Assembly (NCBI RefSeq): GCF_009914755.1
Contig: NC_060929.1
DNA: 64,000 bases
Reading direction: 5' to 3' (one strand)
Source of the DNA: the human T2T-CHM13v2.0 reference genome, Homo sapiens
Below the pieces are notes generated by a model. The model was not told the origin of the DNA. It worked only from the letters and a program-made list of their open reading frames with translations, and did not search any database. Both the position numbers and the translations under genes were made by a program. Below, piece after piece: positions 16,744 through 60,267 of this stretch. The stretch's first letter is position 1; each line of letters opens with the position of its first letter.

Positions 16744-18427
16744 TAGGATGGTCTTGATTTCTTGACCTCGTGATCCTCCCGCCTCGGCCTCCCACAGTGC
16801 TGGGATTACAGGTGTGAGCCACCCACCTGGCCTCGGTGATATTTTTAAGAAGAAAATGGACTGTTGGGAAGTGACAGGCCATTGGAGATCTTTACAAAGT
16901 CCATCTTCAGGATGCATGAATCCTTTAAACAGCATGCATGTTTACAATCAGACTTCCCATTGAACGTCTGCAGTTTTAGGGACCTTAATACCTCCTGTCC
17001 AGTCGGATTTCCCATTGCAGGCAGCTCTAATTAAGAAGTCCTTTTAGCCGGGCGTGGTGACTCATGCCTGTAATCCCAACACTTTGGAGGACCGAGGTGG
17101 GCGGACCAGTTGTGGTCAGGAATTCGAGACCAGGCCTGGCCAACAGGCTGGTGAAACCCCGTCTCTACTAAAAATAAAAAGGTTAGCTGTGGTGGCGTGT
17201 GCCTTAATCTCAGCTATTCGGGAGACAGAAGAGACAGTAGAATCGCTTGAACCCTGGAGGCGGAGGTTGCAGTGAGCCGAGATTGCGTCACTGCACTCCA
17301 AGCTTGGGCGACAGAGCAAGACTCTTGTCTCAAAAAAAAAAGAAAAAAAAGAATTCCTTTGATATGGTCAGCCAAAAGTCTCTCAGTTGCTATTTACTTT
17401 TATATTTATAATATTTATTATATATTTGTAATTATTTTATTTATTTTGAGATAGGGTCTCACTCTGTCACCCAGTCTGGAGTGCAGTAGTGAACATAGTA
17501 GCCTCGACTCTCCTGGGCTCAAGCCATCCTCCCACTTTTGCTTCCCAAGTAGCTGGGACTCAAGTACTCGCCACCTCGCCCAGCTAATTTTTTGATGTTT
17601 TGTAGAGACAAGGTTATTGCCCAGGCTGATCTGAGCGCCTGAACTCAAGCAATCCTTTTGCCTTGGCCTCTCAAAGTGCTGGGATTACAGGTTTGAGCCA
17701 CTGTGCCCTGCGAAGAATTTGAGTTTAAAAACGTTGAGAACGTTATGCGAGTTTTTCATTTTTAAAGTTCACAATACGTAACAGAAAACAGGGAGGAGCA
17801 AAATGTTCAGTTGAGGCTGGGTGTGGTGACTCACGCCTGTAATCCCAGCACTTTGGGAGGCCGAGGTGAGTGGGTCACCTGAGGTCAGGAGTTCGAGACC
17901 AGCCTGGCCACCATGGCAAAACCCCATTTCTACTAAAAACACAAAAGTTAGCCAGGTGTGGTGGTGGGCTCTTGTAATCCCAGCTACTCGGGAGGCTGAG
18001 GCAGGAGGATCACTTGAACTCGGAGGCGGAGGTTGCAGTGAGCCGAGATCGCGCCATTGCACTCCAGCCTGGGTGGTGAGTGAAACTCCGCCTTAAAACA
18101 AAAAAAGAAACAAAAATATTCTGTTTACAGGCAGATCACTTGAGGTCAGGAGTTTGAGATCAGCCTGGCAAGTCAGGCGAAACCCTGGCTCTACAAAAAT
18201 ATAAAACATGGCAAAACCCTGACTGTACTAAAAATACAAAAATTAGCTGGGCATGGTGGCACGCGCCTGCAATCCCAGCTCCTTGGGAGGCTGAGACAGG
18301 AGAATCACTTGAACCCGGGAGGTGGAGGTTGCAGTGAGCCACGAGGTGGTGGAGTTGGGAGGGAGATTGCATTGGGGAGGATGGAGGTGTGATGAGGACA
18401 TTTATTTGTGCATGAATGAATGAATGA

Positions 18428-18559
<132 letters not shown>

Positions 18560-18937
18560 TAGGCCCTGCTGATTTTTGTATTTCTAGTGGAGACGGCATT
18601 TCACTATGTTGGCCAGCCTGGTCTTGAACTCCTGACCTGAAATGATCTGCTGGCCTCGGCCTCCCAAAGTGCTGGGATTACAGGATGAGCCACCGTGCCC
18701 GTTTCTCTCTCTCTCTTTCTTTCCTTTCTTTTCTTTCTTTTTTGAGGCAGGGTCTCATTCTGTTGCCCAGGCTGGAGTGCAGTGACCTGATCTCGGCTCA
18801 CTGCAGCCTCCGTGCCTCCTGGGTTCAAGCAGTCCTCTTGTCTCAGCCTCCCCAGTAGCTGGGATTACAGGGGCCCGCTCCCACCAACCTCCTAGCTAAT
18901 TTTCAAACTCCTGACCTCAAGTGATCACCTGCTTTAG

Positions 18938-20398
<1,461 letters not shown>

Positions 20399-20909
20399 TG
20401 TTTAATTTTGTGTCCTTTTTTTTTGAATTATGAGCTATAGCATTTACCCATTTATAAATAATAAATGTGATTTAAAAACTTTTGATTATGAGAAAATTGA
20501 GACATACACAGAGAGATAGTACAATGAATCACATGTCACTCAGCTATAATAGTTCAACTACGCCCATACTGACTCCTCACAAGTCTACAGTTTGTCATGT
20601 GACACATCTATAAAGCATTTTTGTTCTTTTACAAATTGTAAAAAGACACTTATTTTTATTGGTACCAAGTTTGTGTATAAGTTCATATTATTTCTTGGAA
20701 ATGAGAAATGGAGTTCTATGAAGATTTTTAAGACAATTATTGAGTAAAATACAAAGAATAAGATGACCTGGCATTCCATTTTTTTTACTTTATATATGTG
20801 TCTAATTTTCAAATTTAATTGGATGAATTTTGTAACAAACATCTTTAGATAACTTACATTCTAATGGTTTTTACAGATTATTGAATAATAAAATACAGTT
20901 TTGAAAAAA

Positions 20910-47949
<27,040 letters not shown>

Positions 47950-48000
47950 TTCCAGCATGTAGTATACATTGTATGTGTTAAAAAGAAATTTGCAACTGTG

Positions 48001-48006
48001 AATAAA
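48001..48006 (+). terminator. GTF2H2C: Proximal poly(A) signal candidate
   Basis: AATAAA 51 nt after the stop codon. Confidence 0.55.
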
Positions 48007-48372
48007 AGGACTTCTTTAGAAGAAGCTTCATTTAAAACATGAAAGGATAATCTGACTTAAGAAACTTTTTGCTAAGAAAAGGTAATATTTTATTAAATTT
48101 TAAATTTGTGTTGTCACAGAAATACCTGAAATTCAGTAGTACTTCATTCAATTAATTTTGTTTTCTATTATTTTGAGTTATACTGTTTTCAAAGTCATTA
48201 TGCAGTATGTATAAACTTATAAGAATTAAATTGATGTGATAATTTTATGTTTTTATAATTAAATATAGAATCTTTATGATTTATGTTAATTCATTAATTT
48301 AGTGTAAGAAGAAAGTTAAGTCTGAATGTAAATTCAGTGTAAGATGAAAATTTATCAATACTTATGAAATTA

Positions 48373-48750
<378 letters not shown>

Positions 48751-49499
48751 TTATCAAGTTAGTACATCTGAAATTATTTGTGGCTATGACCAACAGAAGT
48801 CACTTTACATTAAACATTCAAACTCACAAGACTGCCATGGCCATACTTGGTACCCGCTTACTCAGAAGGATATTAAACAGAAACAACAGCCTGCCAGCAC
48901 AGCATCAAGCAGTCCTCATTAGCAGTGGAAGTCCTTGTAGCAGTCCACTAGTACAATTTGGGTGCAAGGAGATAAGATCCTCCACAGGCATCAAGGAACC
49001 AATATCTCTTAACAATTCCATAAACACAGCTTCCAGGTATCCACAAGGGATGTGTCAATTTCAAGAGTCACTACACTCAGGAAAGCCTAAAGCTTGAAGA
49101 CTCCATTTATTTATAGTGCATCCCAATCCAGATACGTAACAATTAACGAGTTATTTTTACTATAAGCAAAGTTGCCTAAAATCATAGTTGATACTAACCA
49201 TGGTTAACAGAGCTCTAAAGTTTGACAGAAAGTGAGATTCAAATCCTTTCACTCTCATATGCTAAACCTTTTGCCTTACTCTGGGTCATCAGAGAAATTT
49301 AGGTGAGAATGTATGATGAAGTCTGTGTTTTAGATTCAATGCAGATATATCATTGTGGGCAGAACTCTTTCTGGTTATATCCAGTTAAGAGTAAATCAGG
49401 CTTTCAGCCGGGCGCGGTGGCTCACGCCTGTAATCCTAGCACTTTGGGAGGCCGAGGCGGGCAGATCACGAGGTCAGGAGATCGAGACCATCCTGGCTA

Positions 49500-49746
<247 letters not shown>

Positions 49747-49805
49747 CTATTTTATGTATATAAACTTCAGGTACTCTAACTTGAGTTTCACTATGAAATT
49801 TGTGA

Positions 49806-50009
<204 letters not shown>

Positions 50010-50183
50010 TGATCAGGCTGATCTCCAACTCCTGACCTCAGGTCATCCACCCACCTCCGCCACCGTGCCCGGCCGAAATTTGTGATTTTATAACTAAGAA
50101 TTTTTAGTTAAGAACATTATCAGTAAAGACAACGTAATCCCACCCTGGAGAGTTTATTGGGAGCCCAGGAATATTCATTTTTA

Positions 50184-50185
<2 letters not shown>

Positions 50186-50227
<42 letters not shown>
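50186..50227. repeat. (AC)21 microsatellite
   Basis: Read directly from the sequence. Confidence 0.95.
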
Positions 50228-50229
<2 letters not shown>

Positions 50230-50984
50230 ATCAGAGTAACGGGAGTTTCTCTCAGGAGTCATACTCCATGAGCCTGGACCCAGTGGTTCTTTATGTGGAA
50301 ACAAATTTCACCTATAGGTAACCTGGTAACTGCTATTTTCTTCTGTGTGCTCTGTCAACAAAGGTATCAGTGGCTTGCAGGAGATGCCTTTAATACTCAG
50401 AGCATTCTATCTCCCCCTATCTGGTTTAGAAGGAAGGCCTTCATTAGTTACCTTTTGAGAAGTTACTAGAACTCTCTATTAGAGACTTACCCTCCTGACC
50501 TGATAAAAAGGGATACCCATGTCTCTATTAACAGCTTTATCTCTTTCTACAGTTTTGGGTATTTGATAAGGTTAAGGCAAAATTTTAGTTATGCTTAAGG
50601 AGGAGTTCTTTTTTCACAATTACAGAGAAAATTTTGGTTTGTTGAAGATTGCAGAAACAGCAATGGTAATGTAAGACAGTTTTGGCCTTTAATTTTTTTC
50701 TTGAAACTCTACAGTATACTACAATAGTGAAGGAAACTATTATCATGAGAGATCCTTCTGAATAGGATGTCTTTCTGAGTTCCACTATTCAGTTACAAAA
50801 CTCCTTAATGCTTAAAATTCATTATGAAAATTAGATTTATTTTAAATACTTTCAAGTGTATACATTTTTATTTCATAATTTTTATTGTCTTTTAACTAAA
50901 GCATTTAGTTCATTTATATTTACTGTGTACCTTTTATATTTAATAAATATATTTACTTATTAAAAGATTACCACTGATATATTT

Positions 50985-51119
50985 TATTTATTATAAATAT
51001 TATATTTATAAATATATTATTTATATTTATATTTATATATTTATATATATTTATATATAATATATATTTTAATATATTATATATTAAAATATATAAATAT
51101 ATATAATAAATATAAATAT
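50985..51119. repeat. Pure A/T low-complexity tract
   Basis: About 135 nt containing only A and T. Confidence 0.9.
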
Positions 51120-51261
51120 TTATTAAAAGATTACCACTGATATATTTGGGTTTAAGTCTATTATCTTTGTGTTATTGGTTCCAACAATTCCATCTTTCGT
51201 TTTTTTAAATTTTTTTAACTACATATTTGATACGATCTTTTCCTTCTTGCCTTCTTTTTGA

Positions 51262-51623
<362 letters not shown>

Positions 51624-53083
51624 TGACCTCATGATCCATCTGCCTTGGCCTCCCAAAGTGCTGGGATTACAGGCGTGAGCCACCACGCCTGGTCAACAAC
51701 AAGAATTTCTTAACTTAGGTCCCCTAGGAAGTAGAACCTGAGGCAAAGATGAAAGTATTGTTACTTTATTAGGGAGGGACAGATCTAGGGGGGTGAGAGT
51801 GTGGAAGAAAAGGGAAAGCAAAGCAAGGAAAAACGTGATGCATTGTGTTACTGCAGTGACCAGGCTTCATGACAAGCTGTGACGAGATACAGGAGCCTTC
51901 CAGCAAGTGTGTTCACTTAGAGTGTGGGGCTTCTCCAGAAGGTTTATAAGGAGAAACTGCCCCTCTGAGCAGTCCATTGAAGGGAGGAAGGAGAAGTAAC
52001 TTAGTTTCCTAAGTTCTTCCATTTCCCGTTGATCCTAGTTTGCCCACAGGGCTGTGTCATCTCGTCCTTTGGTAACTGCTCAGGAAGCCAGATCTCGTGC
52101 TCAGTGGTGTGGCATTGCATCTACTTCTAGAAGGATTTCTCAATACTTTATAACTTCCTCATGTTTCTGGTCATGTCTGTGTTCAGCTATATCTCTAGAA
52201 CGGTTGGCCAATTCATAGCATGAAATGATTTCATGAGTGGTGACAAAGAAAGGGTGCAATCAGCCCTTGGGGAGTGGGTTAGTGGAATCCCAGTCCTGAG
52301 GCCATTAGTGGGTGGCAGAGTTTAGGAGAAAAGGTAAGAAGTTTCAGTCCTTGGGCCCTGTAGTAAGGAGAAAAAGGGTACAGGAGGTTGTCACACTTCT
52401 GAGAAGTAGTCTTAGAGTGCCCTAGTGCCTGCTTTGGATCCAGTTCTGTAAGGGCAGAGGATTCATTATTTCCAGGTAATTTAAGTATGTTCTGGGGAGA
52501 AGTGTTACAAGATGGACTGGGGACTCGGCTGGGATCCTGATGGGATCTAAATTATTGATTTCACCTGACTGAATTGCTATTTGCGTCACACCTCAGGACC
52601 CTGGAAACAATACACAATTTGCCCATTCATTAATTTATTAATTCACTCAACAAACTTGTACATCTGCCATAAGTCTGACACCATCCTAGTTATCAGGGAT
52701 GTAGATAGTCAAAAGAAGATGTAAACCTAACCTCATGCATCTGTGAATCTCCCCATCTAAAAAGACACAGCCTTGTAAAGAAGCTTGTGTGAAAGTGCTA
52801 ACGACAGACATGCCAAGTGTTAAGGGGATGCAGGAGAGGCGTGGTAAAATGGGTTGGGAGGCAGCTCAGATGTCTAAAGGGGTCAGGCAGACAATGCAGA
52901 TAAGTGAAAGAGGGCCAGTTGATGCAGAGTGGGGACATCTGGAAAGCACCCGCCCCATCTAAAGGAGGCAGCCTCTGAGAGTCTGGGGATCAGGGATAGA
53001 AGGGAGATGTACTTTTCACTGTACATCCTTTTGTATTTTTTAAATTTTGTTACTTAATTCAAAAAAATGTAAAAATAAAGTGA

Positions 53084-53380
<297 letters not shown>

Positions 53381-53716
53381 TAGGCTGGTCTTGAACTCCT
53401 GAGCTTAAGTAATCTGCACACCTCAGTCTTCCAAAGTATTGGAATCACAAGCGTGAGCCACCATGCCCAGCCGTAAAAACTGGATTTTTAAAGTGAATTC
53501 TCCCAAGTTTGAGATGTTAGCCTCTAATTTAGAAAAACACAGAGGCTAAATAAAACTTATCTTCAGTCCACCAGTTGACAAACTTTGGCCTGGCCTGTCT
53601 CTTTTCTATCGTTTATCATCAGGGCAGATAATCTTTTAAGTTTCAGGTGTTACACTTTCCTGGGATATACTCCTCTTAGGGGATAATTTATTTACTTTTT
53701 GTTTTTGTTTTTGTGA

Positions 53717-53998
<282 letters not shown>

Positions 53999-54394
53999 TA
54001 GGGGATAATTTAGGTTTTTTGTGTTTCTGTTTTAAATTTAAATTTTTATTTTTTTGAGGCAGTATCACTCTGTCTCTCAGGCTGGAGTGCAATGGCACAA
54101 TCAACTCACTGCAGCCTTGAATTCCTGGGCACAAGTGATCCTCCCAATTCAGCTTCTCAAGTAGCTAGGACTACAGGTGTGCACCACCATGCCTGGCTGA
54201 ATTTTTTTTTTAAGAGATGGACTCTTGCTGTGCTGTCCAGGCTCGTGTCAACTCCTGGCCTCAAATGATCCTCTCTCCTAGGCCTTCCAAAGTGCTGGGA
54301 TTACAGACGTTAGCCACTGTACCCAGCCTAGTTCAAGTTTTAAGCATTAAGAATTGACTCTTTGGAGGAATAGGGATCTTTTAAGGATCTCTAC

Positions 54395-54890
54395 AGTCAG
54401 TGACTCTAAATGTAGTGTTTGGACCAGTAAGTAGCATTAGCATCACCCAAGAAGTCATTAGAAATGCAAATTCTTGGCCAGGCGCGGTGCCTCATGCCTG
54501 TAATCCCAGCACTTTGGGAGGCTGAGGTGGGTAGATCACGAGGTCACGAGTTCGAGACCAGCTTGACCAACATGGTGAAACCCTGTCTCTACTAAAAATA
54601 CAAAAATTAGCCGGCCGTGGTGAAGGGCATCTGTAATCCCAGCTACTCAGGAGGATGAGGCAGGAGAATCACTTGAATCCAGGAGGCGGAGGTTGCTGTG
54701 AGCCAAGATCGCACCACTGCACTGCAGCCTGGGCAACAGAATGAGACTCCATCTCAAAAAAAAAAAAAAAAAGCAAATTCTTGAGCCCCATCACAGGCCT
54801 GTTGAATCAGAAACTCTGAGGATGGGTCTAGCAGTCCGCTTTAACAAATCCTCCAGGTGGTTACCATAAATGTTGAAGTGTGAGAGCTAC
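54395..54890. mobile_element. MER5A-type element split by an Alu
   Basis: AGCATCACC...TTAGAAATGCAAATTCTT, resuming after the Alu with duplicated GCAAATTCTT. Confidence 0.6.
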
Positions 54891-55004
54891 TGCCTGTAAT
54901 CCCATTTAGAGAGGTACATAGGTAACTTAAAAACAGGTCCTGATAAAAGAATTCTACTAAACTTAAAAAACAAATTCAGGTAACTTTATAAACAAACAAA
55001 TCTC

Positions 55005-55332
<328 letters not shown>

Positions 55333-55342
55333 TCACTTCTCT

Positions 55343-55655
55343 CTTTTGTTTTGTTTTTTTTTTTTTTTGAGACAGAGTCTCGCTCTGTCACCCAGGCTGG
55401 AGTGCAGTGGCGCGATCTCGGCTCACACTGCAATTTCTGCCTCCCGGGTTCACACCATTCTCCTGCCTCAGCCTCCCGAGTAGCTGGGACTACAGGTGCC
55501 CGCCACCACGCCCGGCTAATTGTTTTTTTGTATTTTTAGTAGAGACGGGGTTTCACCGTGTTAGCCAGGATGGTCTCGATCTCCTGACCTCGTGATCCGC
55601 CCGCCTCGGCCTCCCAAAGTGCTGGGATTACAGGCGTGAGCCACTGCACCCGACC
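55343..55655 (-). mobile_element. AluY
   Basis: TSD TTTTTCACTTCTCT. Confidence 0.92.
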
Positions 55656-55714
55656 TTTTTCACTTCTCTTAATGCTCTGTAAACATTAATGTATTTATAT
55701 ATGTACTTAGAATT

Positions 55715-57050
<1,336 letters not shown>

Positions 57051-58059
57051 AACTTCAGTGAGTATACACATATGCCCTGAAGTAGCTAAACTTTAAAACA
57101 CTGCCCTATGTGTGTGTACTTTTTAGCTAAAAAAGTGTTTGAAAACAGTATTATTTTGAAACTCAAAATTCCAAATCCTCTCTTCAAATTAGGTAGTAGT
57201 GTCACTGGAAGTAAAAGAGAAGTTACTTTAACTGCTAAAGAGTATCCACTAAGAATCTACAACAAACATCATGTTTAATGCTCAAACTTTAGAAGAATTT
57301 ATACCAAAAGTCAAGAATAAGATAGGATATCTATCTTCATTATTAAGCAACATTATATTAGAGGCCCTAATCAATGCAACAAGGCAATAAATAAAAGACA
57401 AAACTGTCATAATCAGATACTACAAACATCTAAGAAAATTCAGGGGGATTTACAGTCATATATTAAACAGTCCAGAAGGAGTCCTATACATCATCAATGA
57501 ATATTGAGAATAAAAAATAGTTTTTAAAACCCCTCCAATTTATAAGGGCAACAAAATGTACAAGGTACTAAAATAAATGTAATGTGTATTTGGGTATAAA
57601 TACAGCAACATAATGAAAAGGTTTATTGGGGAAAAAATTACAGGGAGAAGGGTCAACAACGTGAAGAGGTTCCCCTGCCATCTGGACTTCTGGAAAAAGA
57701 CCTGCTGGTCTAGGCACAGCTGGATGCACCATGGAAAGTGGTTCCAATAAACACTGGCACTGTAACAATTGTGTATGTTGATACAAAAAGAGGGAGCCAA
57801 TGAATACTTGGTCGATTATTTAACAATTGCTTCTCTGCTGAAGAAATGGCCTTGTTGGACTAGAGCTTAACTGTGGTTCACATACTAATGCTGCTATAAC
57901 AGCTAGAAGCCTTACTAAGAAATTTACTAAACCACCAAAAAGAGGAAATGAACCTTCTAGGACATCTGGATTGCCTTTTCTTAAAAATCTAGTCTTGGCT
58001 GGGTGCTGTGGTTCACGCCTGTAATCCCAGCATTTGGTGAGGCCGAAGTGGGCGGATCA

Positions 58060-58272
<213 letters not shown>

Positions 58273-58989
58273 CTAAAAAAAAAAAAAAAAATCTAGTCTG
58301 TATGGCAGCACAACATCAGGTAAAAGTACAGACTAGCCAGATCACTGGTTAACCTTAACCCCTATGTGCTTGAGTTTCCTTTTCTGTAATATGGAGATGA
58401 TATAGCAATAGCTGATTTTGGACTGTTAAAGGAATTAAGTGGACACATGTAAAGTGCTTAGAATTGTGCCTGGCAAGTAGTAGGCTGCAATATTGTGATA
58501 TAATAAATATATATATCTGATCTTCATCCAGTTCCTGGCACAGATCTCCAGAAACCCTTGTAATTTCCTGAGTGACAGGGGTGATAGAAACATCTTTTAT
58601 TAGAATACTTGGTCTTGGTTCCTGACACAAGAGCTTCTAAGACCTTTGGAATCTCCAAGTGATAAGAGTGTATGACAGTGAGCTAACTGGTGGCTGGGAT
58701 CCTTTAGACAACTTCAGGATGGGGGCTATCCCGTGAAAGACTAAGGCATGATTAGAGGTCTGGGATTTGCAGCCCCACGCCTCGACCTCCAGAGAGGGTA
58801 AAAGGGCTGGCGATTGATTAACCACCAGTTGCCAGTGATTTAGCCAATCATGCCTAAGTGATGGCACCTCCATTAAAAAATAAACCACAGGTTTGGAGAG
58901 CTTTCGGTTTGGTTAACCCCAACCACATACCAAGAAGGCGATGCACCTCAAACTGCATGAAGACAAAAGGTCCTGTGCTCACCTGGGAC

Positions 58990-59035
58990 CCTTCTGGACG
59001 TTGCCCTGTGTACCTCTTCGACTGCCTGTTCATCT
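58990..59035 (+). other. NAIP: NAIP-family non-coding exon within the MER21 LTR; start approximate
   Basis: Matches my recollection of the NAIP cDNA 5' end (CTGGACGTTGCCCTGTG...TTCATCT); followed by GTATCCTTT. Confidence 0.6.
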
Positions 59036-59113
59036 GTATCCTTTATAATAAAGCAGTAAACATAAGTAAAGTTTCTGAGTTCTGTGAGCCATTATAAGAA
59101 ACGATCGAACCTG

Positions 59114-60267
59114 GGATTTTCCTTTCGGAAGCCGCTCTCTCTCACAAGGGAGAGAGCTGTTCTCCTTTTTCTTTTGCGTGTTAAACCTCCGCTCCTAAAC
59201 CCACTCTTCGTGTGTATCGTGTCCTTAACCTTGTTGGTGCGAGACGACGAACCCCGGGTATTGACCCCAGACAACAATGCCACTTCATATTGGGGACTTC
59301 GTCTGGGATTCCAAGGTGCATTCATTGCAAAGGTGAGTAAAGGGGCGGACCTCAACTCTGTCCTTTGATTTCGAGGCTCTTGGCCTCCATTTTAGAATCA
59401 AACCAAACCAAATACTGGGCCCCCTTCTGCTTCTGTGAATGAGAAAACTCTGCCTTCACCAATTAGCCATTTAAAAATTATGAGCGTGGCTGCCAGCCTT
59501 ACAAGTTTTGGGGGACAGGCTTGCTGGGGAGAACATGGAGAACCCCCCAATACCCACGGGCTGCTGGGCATATTGGCCATGTTTGAACCAGTTTCCTTTC
59601 ACGGAGGACCAAGCTGTCGTGTGGGGCTGGAAGAGGTCCTGGAGCAACTGAGGATTTCTGGCTGGGGCTACCTCCTGGTGCCATCCGAAGGCTTCTGGAC
59701 TGACCCCAGCCTCCGACCACCCTAAGGGGTGTCGGCAACAGGACCTCCAACTTTCCTATCATAATTCCCTCATTTCCTATCCACGACCACCATGTCTCCT
59801 AACCTCTCTCTGTATGCAGTACTGAGGGAGTTTTACAGTTCAGGGAAGTAATCTTGTTAGGCAAGAACAAAGACTGCTGTAGTAACCAGGGATATAGCAC
59901 AGGGGCATGCTGTTGTGATTTTCTAGGAACAGAGGGTCTCCTCTCCCACCACAGTGAGCGTCACTCTCTGCCCTTGCTCTGGAAAGCACATGGCATGTCA
60001 AGGTCACTCTGCCCTTTGTCATAGTAAGATTAGGGTGGGGCGCCCAACCTTCCCCGCGTGCTATGTAAACGTCACACCTGTTCAAACCAACCTGTGGGCT
60101 CTGCGCAAATCAGACGCCGCCTCCTCAGGCCTACCTATAAAATCTGGTGCAGTCCACCGCAGGCCGGATTTTCCTTTCGGAAGCCCCTCACAAGGGAGAG
60201 ATCTGTTCTCGTTTTTCTTTCTTTTGCCTATTAAACCTCTGCTCCTAAACTCCCCCAACCCCCAAGA
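59114..60267 (+). mobile_element. ERV-P (LTR9/HUERS-P3-like) RNA copy: R-U5-PBS-leader...U3-R
   Basis: R segment repeated at 59114 and 60166; U5 ends in CA at 59287; tRNA-Pro-type PBS TGGGGACTTCGTCTGGGAT 59291-59309; TATAAAA 60136; ATTAAA 60230; flanking 18-bp direct repeat. Confidence 0.8.
59244..59332 (+). other. NAIP: NAIP-family non-coding exon spanning ERV U5/PBS
   Basis: gag|ACGACG acceptor; AAG|gtgagt retroviral major splice donor; matches the recalled NAIP 5' UTR. Confidence 0.7.

Noticed and set aside
59340-60000. Retroviral gag/pol/env coding potential
   Set aside because: Too short; the ORFs show no retroviral motifs
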